20,000 bases of DNA from positions 57,720 through 77,719 of IMG/VR virus record IMGVR_UViG_3300008261_000059. One strand, written 5' to 3'. The DNA comes from an uncultured virus (IMG/VR IMGVR_UViG_3300008261_000059) (lineage: Duplodnaviria; Heunggongvirae; Uroviricota; Caudoviricetes). Each line of letters starts with the position of its first letter. Position 1 is the first letter of the stretch. Positions 16,555-20,000 of the stretch are shown in pieces. The notes beneath the pieces are model-generated. The model was not told the origin of the DNA. It ran no database searches and saw only the letters and a list, made by a program, of their open reading frames with translations. A program made the translations under genes and the position numbers.

Positions 16555-16692
16555 TCAGATTTCAGGGTCATCAACACCAAACCAGTCATCTTCGGCAACT
16601 GGTTCTTCAGTAAAAATATCTTCTAAATCTTCGTAAATATCAAAGTTGTCGAGTTCTTCAATTTGCGATTCGTCAAGAAAAATCCGAGTCAT
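16555..16692 (-). CDS. extremely acidic 45 aa protein
   Basis: Manually translated; GAGGT RBS; first ORF after promoter copy 9. Confidence 0.65.
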   Translation of the reverse strand: MTRIFLDESQIEELDNFDIYEDLEDIFTEEPVAEDDWFGVDDPEI

Positions 16693-16714
16693 GCACCTCT
16701 TTGATTACCTAGTA

Positions 16715-16772
16715 ATCATAGCACGACTCGGACTGGGTTGGGGACTTCAGTGGACGGTTGCCCGACTGTCCT
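16715..16772 (-). promoter_or_regulatory. repeated putative early promoter, copy 9
   Basis: TATGAT at 16715-16720; GTGGACGGTTgcccGACTGTCCT from 16750. Confidence 0.75.
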
Positions 16773-17020
16773 CAGTATTTTTTTGTTTTCTTTGATACTG
16801 GTCTTTCGTGAATTGTTCCTTCCTGAACAAGACCATCACCATCTCTGTCTCTAGCATTTGGATTGAAAATTTCATTTTCTTCCACAACTGCTTCTGGTGC
16901 AGAGAGTTCCGTAACTTCAACTACAGGTGCAGATACCTCTACTGATTCTGCTACTGGTGCAGGAGCAAAAACTTCTTCTGCTGGTTGATTTTCTTGGAAT
17001 AAATCAGTAAATCTTCCCAT
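16772..17020 (-). CDS. acidic low-complexity protein with a DxDxDG loop
   Basis: 82 aa; NPNARDRDGDGLVQEGT motif; upstream AATAAATA late-promoter-like box. Confidence 0.7.
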   Translation of the reverse strand: MGRFTDLFQENQPAEEVFAPAPVAESVEVSAPVVEVTELSAPEAVVEENEIFNPNARDRDGDGLVQEGTIHERPVSKKTKKY

Positions 17021-17036
17021 TGTTTTAATTCGAATT

Positions 17037-17162
17037 TTAATTATTTATTTTTTTACTAATCACTTCTTCTTTGGGTCCATCAATATGATAAACAACATGT
17101 AAACTTTCCCATGTCACAATAGAAACAACACTAGAAAGAATTGCAATGATAACAAATTTCAT
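17037..17162 (-). CDS. small membrane peptide (41 aa, MKFVIIAILSSVVSIVTWESLHVVYH...)
   Basis: Manually translated; GAGGT RBS. Confidence 0.55.
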   Translation of the reverse strand: MKFVIIAILSSVVSIVTWESLHVVYHIDGPKEEVISKKINN

Positions 17163-17170
17163 AATTTACC

Positions 17171-17335
17171 TCAGTGATTGTGACAAACTCCATCTTGGTG
17201 GCAGTGTGCTTGATTTGCATTCATATGGAAGGTCCCATGATAAAAACCAAATCCAATGAAAGCAGTCGATGCGGAGACTACTGCTGCAACAAAGAAAGGA
17301 GCAATATTGTTTACAGTTAATGTGAGTGACTTCAT
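17171..17335 (-). CDS. small TM protein with a His/Cys-rich C-terminus
   Basis: Start refined to MKSLTLT, downstream of the late promoter; ends HCHQDGVCHNH. Confidence 0.7.
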   Translation of the reverse strand: MKSLTLTVNNIAPFFVAAVVSASTAFIGFGFYHGTFHMNANQAHCHQDGVCHNH

Positions 17336-17363
17336 GAACTTTCTAAAATGAATAATTCTTGAG

Positions 17364-17371
17364 TATTTATA
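17364..17371 (-). promoter_or_regulatory. T4-type late promoter TATAAATA
   Basis: Exact gp55 consensus about 30 nt upstream of an ATG. Confidence 0.7.
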
Positions 17372-17395
17372 AAATAAAAGGGGCATTGCACCCCT
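17372..17395 (-). terminator. intrinsic terminator of the tmRNA gene
   Basis: AGGGGT-gcaat-GCCCCT hairpin followed by a T-rich tail. Confidence 0.75.
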
Positions 17396-17633
17396 ATGTA
17401 AGTTTTGGGTAAGAAGGAAACTTATAACCCCCTCCACTCATTTAGAGTCAAACTGCAACAGGTGCAGACTGACGAGTGAACTTGACGATTTTATTCGCTG
17501 CGTTTGTTTGTTTGTTTGTCCCGTCAACAGATAAGACCTTTATGCCCCGTCGAAACCAGTACATCCCCCTGAAATGGAGATGTGGGGAATCGAACCCCAG
17601 TCCGAAACATCAGAATTCCCATCCTCTTGAACA
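17396..17633 (-). ncRNA. ssrA: circularly permuted two-piece tmRNA (cyanobacterial type)
   Basis: Acceptor piece ...GGACTGGGGTTCGATTCCCCACATCTCCA (ends 17575) precedes coding piece GGGGATGTACTGGTTTCGACGGGG (starts 17568); 7-bp acceptor stem with G3:U70; tag ORF 17448-17501 AANKIVKFTRQSAPVAV*. Confidence 0.93.
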
Positions 17634-17639
17634 CTTTAT

Positions 17640-17668
17640 ATATTACTCTTTTTCTTTCAAATAGTCAA
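17640..17668 (-). promoter_or_regulatory. sigma70-type promoter for the tmRNA
   Basis: TTGACT-17 nt-TAATAT, overlapping the def stop codon. Confidence 0.55.
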
Positions 17669-18083
17669 CAAATAAAACTCCATCTAAATGGTCAATCTCA
17701 TGTTGAACAATTCTCGACAATAAACCATCTACTTTTTCGAAGATTGGTTTTCCCTTTGCGTTTCTATATTTAATCTTTATTGATTCTGGTCTTTTCACAT
17801 TATCAAAAACACCAGGAACACTTAGACATCCTTCTTCAAAATTAACAAGGGTATCACTTTTCCATACTATTTCTGGATTGATTAAAATCCAGTCTTTTCC
17901 TTTATTATCAACAATTATAATTCTTTTACTTACACCAACTTGAGGAGCAGCAATACCAATACCATTTTTCTCTCTCATGGTCTTTGCCATATTAAAACAA
18001 AGATACCTTATGGTATCATCAATATTTGCTACTCTTTTTGCTTTTTCTCTTAAAACCTTTGACCCAATCGTTTGAAGTTCCAT
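17643..18083 (-). CDS. def: peptide deformylase
   Basis: GIGIAAPQVG, EGCLS and QHEIDHLDG motifs; short C-terminus typical of cyanophage PDFs. Confidence 0.96.
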   Translation of the reverse strand: MELQTIGSKVLREKAKRVANIDDTIRYLCFNMAKTMREKNGIGIAAPQVGVSKRIIIVDNKGKDWILINPEIVWKSDTLVNFEEGCLSVPGVFDNVKRPESIKIKYRNAKGKPIFEKVDGLLSRIVQHEIDHLDGVLFVDYLKEKE

Positions 18084-18105
18084 ACTTCCCTACGCAATTG
18101 GTTAA

Positions 18106-18178
18106 TGGAGAATAGGAGACTCGAACTCCTGACCTTGGCCTTGCAAAGACCCTGCTCTACCAACTGAGCTAATTCCCC
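18106..18178 (-). tRNA. tRNA-Ala(TGC)
   Basis: Cloverleaf, GGGGAAT/ATTCTCC stem with G3:U70, anticodon TGC. Confidence 0.93.
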
Positions 18179-18210
18179 GTTTTTTTTTTTATTTAGGATA
18201 AAAATCCTAA

Positions 18211-18292
18211 TATCGATGAGAGGACTTGAACCTCCACGAATTACTTCACTGGAACCTAAACCCAGCGCGTCTACCAATTCCGCCACATCGAC
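18211..18292 (-). tRNA. tRNA-Leu(TAG)
   Basis: Cloverleaf with long variable arm, anticodon TAG. Confidence 0.93.
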
Positions 18293-18295
18293 AAA

Positions 18296-18421
18296 GAAAA
18301 CACCAGACCTTATTCTTCCTGTTCTCAGGAACCACCAGGTAATGGGCAGGGAGACCTTGCAAGGATTTGTACCCCCGAAGTTTGTCCAGCATTTTCAGTT
18401 TGGAAGACCTAGGACTTCCAA
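18296..18421 (-). ncRNA. structured intergenic RNA candidate (possibly manA-motif-like)
   Basis: GC-richer spacer with hairpins TTGGAAG/CTTCCAA and TTCCTG-agaa-CAGGAA, a CCTTGCAAGG palindrome and CTTCGG; family assignment is from memory and unverified. Confidence 0.45.
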
Positions 18422-18493
18422 CTCCCCCACCTCGATTCGAACGAGGAACCTTAGAGTTAACAGCTCTCTGCTCTGCCGTTGAGCTATAGGGGA
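18422..18493 (-). tRNA. tRNA-Asn(GTT)
   Basis: Cloverleaf, anticodon GTT. Confidence 0.92.
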
Positions 18494-18499
18494 ATAAAA

Positions 18500-18667
18500 T
18501 TAACTTTCCTTAGAAAGCATATATTCAACAGTGTTTGCAATGTCATTCATTGCAACTCGTAAATCTGGTTGTTGACCAGTTTCCTGCTTAACGATTGGTC
18601 GGGAATCATCAGTTAATGACCACCTCCACTGACCCATATCTTTACAGTACCAGAGATTTATTTTCAT
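18500..18667 (-). CDS. hypothetical protein (55 aa, MKINLWYCKDMGQWRWSLTDD...)
   Basis: Manually translated; ATGA overlap with the oxygenase. Confidence 0.7.
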   Translation of the reverse strand: MKINLWYCKDMGQWRWSLTDDSRPIVKQETGQQPDLRVAMNDIANTVEYMLSKES

Positions 18668-19275
18668 TTGTTAGAAATATAATCATAATGTGGATGAATA
18701 TGCATAAACATTGTAATTGAGTATCTACCCAATTTTTGATTTAAATACTTTTCATCCATTTTTACTTCAGTAACAGAATGTTTTGCCCAAGAAGGAAACA
18801 TCAACATTGAGTTATTTTGTACTTCAAATGTTTTTCCAATATCATTAAGAATGAGGTCTCCCCCATCAAAATGCTTTGGTTCTTTGAAAAACCAAAATAA
18901 CACTGTTACTGATGCAGAATCAGTATGTGGTTCATAACAATCTGCATTTTCATAATAAGATAATAATGTTTTAGAGTAATTTGTATTTAGCACTGCTCTA
19001 TTTGAATAGTGCAATTGACTATAATCTAATATATAATTATCTAAAACTTTTCTAGTTAATCTCCATAAAGATGTTTTATGTGGATTTGTGTAAAAATCAC
19101 TCACCCAAACACCTTTATTCTTCTTCTTGAAAGAACCATTTTTTTCTGCTGAACCAGTTACTTCTGGACCCTCAAGAATTAATGGATTATTTAAAAAGTT
19201 TAACTCATCAAAAATCAAATCCAATTCGGATTGACTGAAACAATTTTCTTTATAAAGATAGTGAATTGTGTCCAT
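18664..19275 (-). CDS. 2OG-Fe(II) oxygenase (prolyl-4-hydroxylase-like)
   Basis: HTD, F.GGDL, MFPS..KHSVT.V and RYSI motifs; start refined to MDTIHY because the longer frame overlaps tRNA-Pro. Confidence 0.88.
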   Translation of the reverse strand: MDTIHYLYKENCFSQSELDLIFDELNFLNNPLILEGPEVTGSAEKNGSFKKKNKGVWVSDFYTNPHKTSLWRLTRKVLDNYILDYSQLHYSNRAVLNTNYSKTLLSYYENADCYEPHTDSASVTVLFWFFKEPKHFDGGDLILNDIGKTFEVQNNSMLMFPSWAKHSVTEVKMDEKYLNQKLGRYSITMFMHIHPHYDYISNK

Positions 19276-19300
19276 ATAATTAAAAGAAAATTGTTTCAAG

Positions 19301-19374
19301 TCGGGATGATAGGATTCGAACCTACGACCCTCTGTTCCCAAAACAGATGCGCTACCAAGCTGCGCTACATCCCG
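19301..19374 (-). tRNA. tRNA-Pro(TGG)
   Basis: Cloverleaf, anticodon TGG. Confidence 0.95.
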
Positions 19375-19405
19375 AGTTTGTTTAACAATATATGTATATT
19401 GTTAA

Positions 19406-19477
19406 TGGGAAATACTGGATTCGAACCAGTGACTTACCACTTGTAAGGAGGCCACTCTACCACTGAGTTAATTTCCC
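19406..19477 (-). tRNA. tRNA-Val(TAC)
   Basis: Cloverleaf, anticodon TAC; weak anticodon stem. Confidence 0.88.
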
Positions 19478-19552
19478 TGGAGCGAAAGACGAGATTCGAA
19501 CTCGCAACAACCTGCTTGGAAGGCAGGGACTCTACCGTTGAGTTACTTTCGC
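19478..19552 (-). tRNA. tRNA-Gly(TCC)
   Basis: Cloverleaf, anticodon TCC, encoded CCA. Confidence 0.94.
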
Positions 19553-19603
19553 AAATGTTGAGGAATTTCTTCCTCAACTCACTTCCTTCACACGGACTAA
19601 AGA

Positions 19604-19632
19604 AGTGTAAGACAGAATTGAAATTCTGTCAA
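19604..19632 (-). promoter_or_regulatory. sigma70-type promoter inside the tRNA array
   Basis: TTGACA-17 nt-TACACT, overlapped by the inverted repeat GACAGAATT-ga-AATTCTGTC. Confidence 0.7.
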
Positions 19633-19705
19633 GCCCACGGTCGGACTTGAACCGACGACCTACGGTTTACAAAACCGTTGCTCTATCCAGCTGAGCTACG
19701 GAGGC
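19632..19705 (-). tRNA. tRNA-Thr(TGT)
   Basis: Cloverleaf, anticodon TGT. Confidence 0.94.
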
Positions 19706-19725
19706 ATTTTGCTCACAAGGAGCAA

Positions 19726-19810
19726 CGGAAAGGGTGGGATTCGAACCCACGGATGCTTTCACATCGCTAGTTTTCAAGACTAGAGCCTTCAACCACTCGA
19801 CCACCTTTCC
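19726..19810 (-). tRNA. tRNA-Ser(TGA)
   Basis: Cloverleaf with long variable arm, anticodon TGA. Confidence 0.94.
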
Positions 19811-19819
19811 AATATAACA

Positions 19820-19848
19820 ATCATACTATATGTAGCATAGATTGTCAA
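19820..19848 (-). promoter_or_regulatory. sigma70-type promoter inside the tRNA array
   Basis: TTGACA-17 nt-TATGAT just upstream of tRNA-Ser. Confidence 0.75.
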
Positions 19849-19849
19849 G

Positions 19850-19923
19850 CGTTCTCTGGAGGATTTGAACCTCCGACTTCTTGGTTCGTAGCCAAGCACT
19901 CTATTCCACTGAGTTAAGAGAAC
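19850..19923 (-). tRNA. tRNA-Arg(ACG)
   Basis: Cloverleaf, anticodon ACG. Confidence 0.94.
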
Positions 19924-19926
19924 AAG

Positions 19927-19998
19927 CACAGGATAGAGGACTTGAACCTCTACTAAAAGTTTTGGAGACTCTCGTGCTACCAATTACACCAATCCTGC
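19927..19998 (-). tRNA. tRNA-Trp(CCA)
   Basis: Cloverleaf, anticodon CCA. Confidence 0.9.
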
Positions 19999-20000
19999 TT

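Noticed and set aside
467..16772. Dispersed repeats as a CRISPR array or integron attC sites
   Set aside because: Spacing is irregular (0.5-4 kb), copies are degenerate, each carries a -10 box at fixed distance upstream of a start codon, and no cas or integrase gene is visible.
17336..17437. N-terminal extension of ORF 17171-17437
   Set aside because: It overlaps the tmRNA 3' end, its terminator and the late promoter; the true start is likely the ATG at 17335.
17575..17612. Isolated T-arm/acceptor half read as a tRNA pseudogene or integration att site
   Set aside because: It is explained as the acceptor piece of the permuted tmRNA and pairs with the adjacent GGGGATG.
18180..18190. T11 homopolymer as a phase-variation tract
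   Set aside because: It lies in a tRNA spacer, not in a coding or promoter-spacer position.
18050..18286. 78-aa minus-strand ORF (also 19789-19983 and the N-terminal extension 19276-19341)
   Set aside because: These are translations of tRNA genes.
121..19446. All plus-strand ORFs in the track, including the 196-aa ORF at 3299-3889
   Set aside because: They are antisense shadows of translationally coupled minus-strand genes or RNA genes, with no recognisable motifs.
1..20000. Stop-codon reassignment suggested by the many short ORFs
   Set aside because: The ORFs have their own coupled starts (ATGA/TAATG overlaps), known proteins are full length in the standard code, and no suppressor tRNA is present.

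Overview
Window of a T4-like (Kyanoviridae-type) cyanophage genome; the tmRNA tag type suggests a picocyanobacterial (Synechococcus/Cyanobium-like) host. Essentially every gene is on the minus strand. Positions 1-16700 are a hyperplastic region of about 65 tightly packed small ORFs. It is punctuated by nine copies of a promoter element: a quasi-palindromic GTGNCAGTT-N4-AAGTGTC box at a fixed 29-nt distance (30 nt in one copy) from a TATAAT/TATGAT -10 box. Recognisable proteins there are a CAAD/CURT1-like thylakoid membrane protein, an ArdA-like acidic protein, a DUF6445-type oxygenase and an SPFH-like membrane protein. Positions 17370-20000 form a translation module: a circularly permuted (two-piece) tmRNA with tag (A)ANKIVKFTRQSAPVAV, a peptide deformylase, ten tRNA genes, a structured intergenic RNA candidate and a 2OG-Fe(II) oxygenase. 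All family assignments come from reading motifs by eye; no database search was run.
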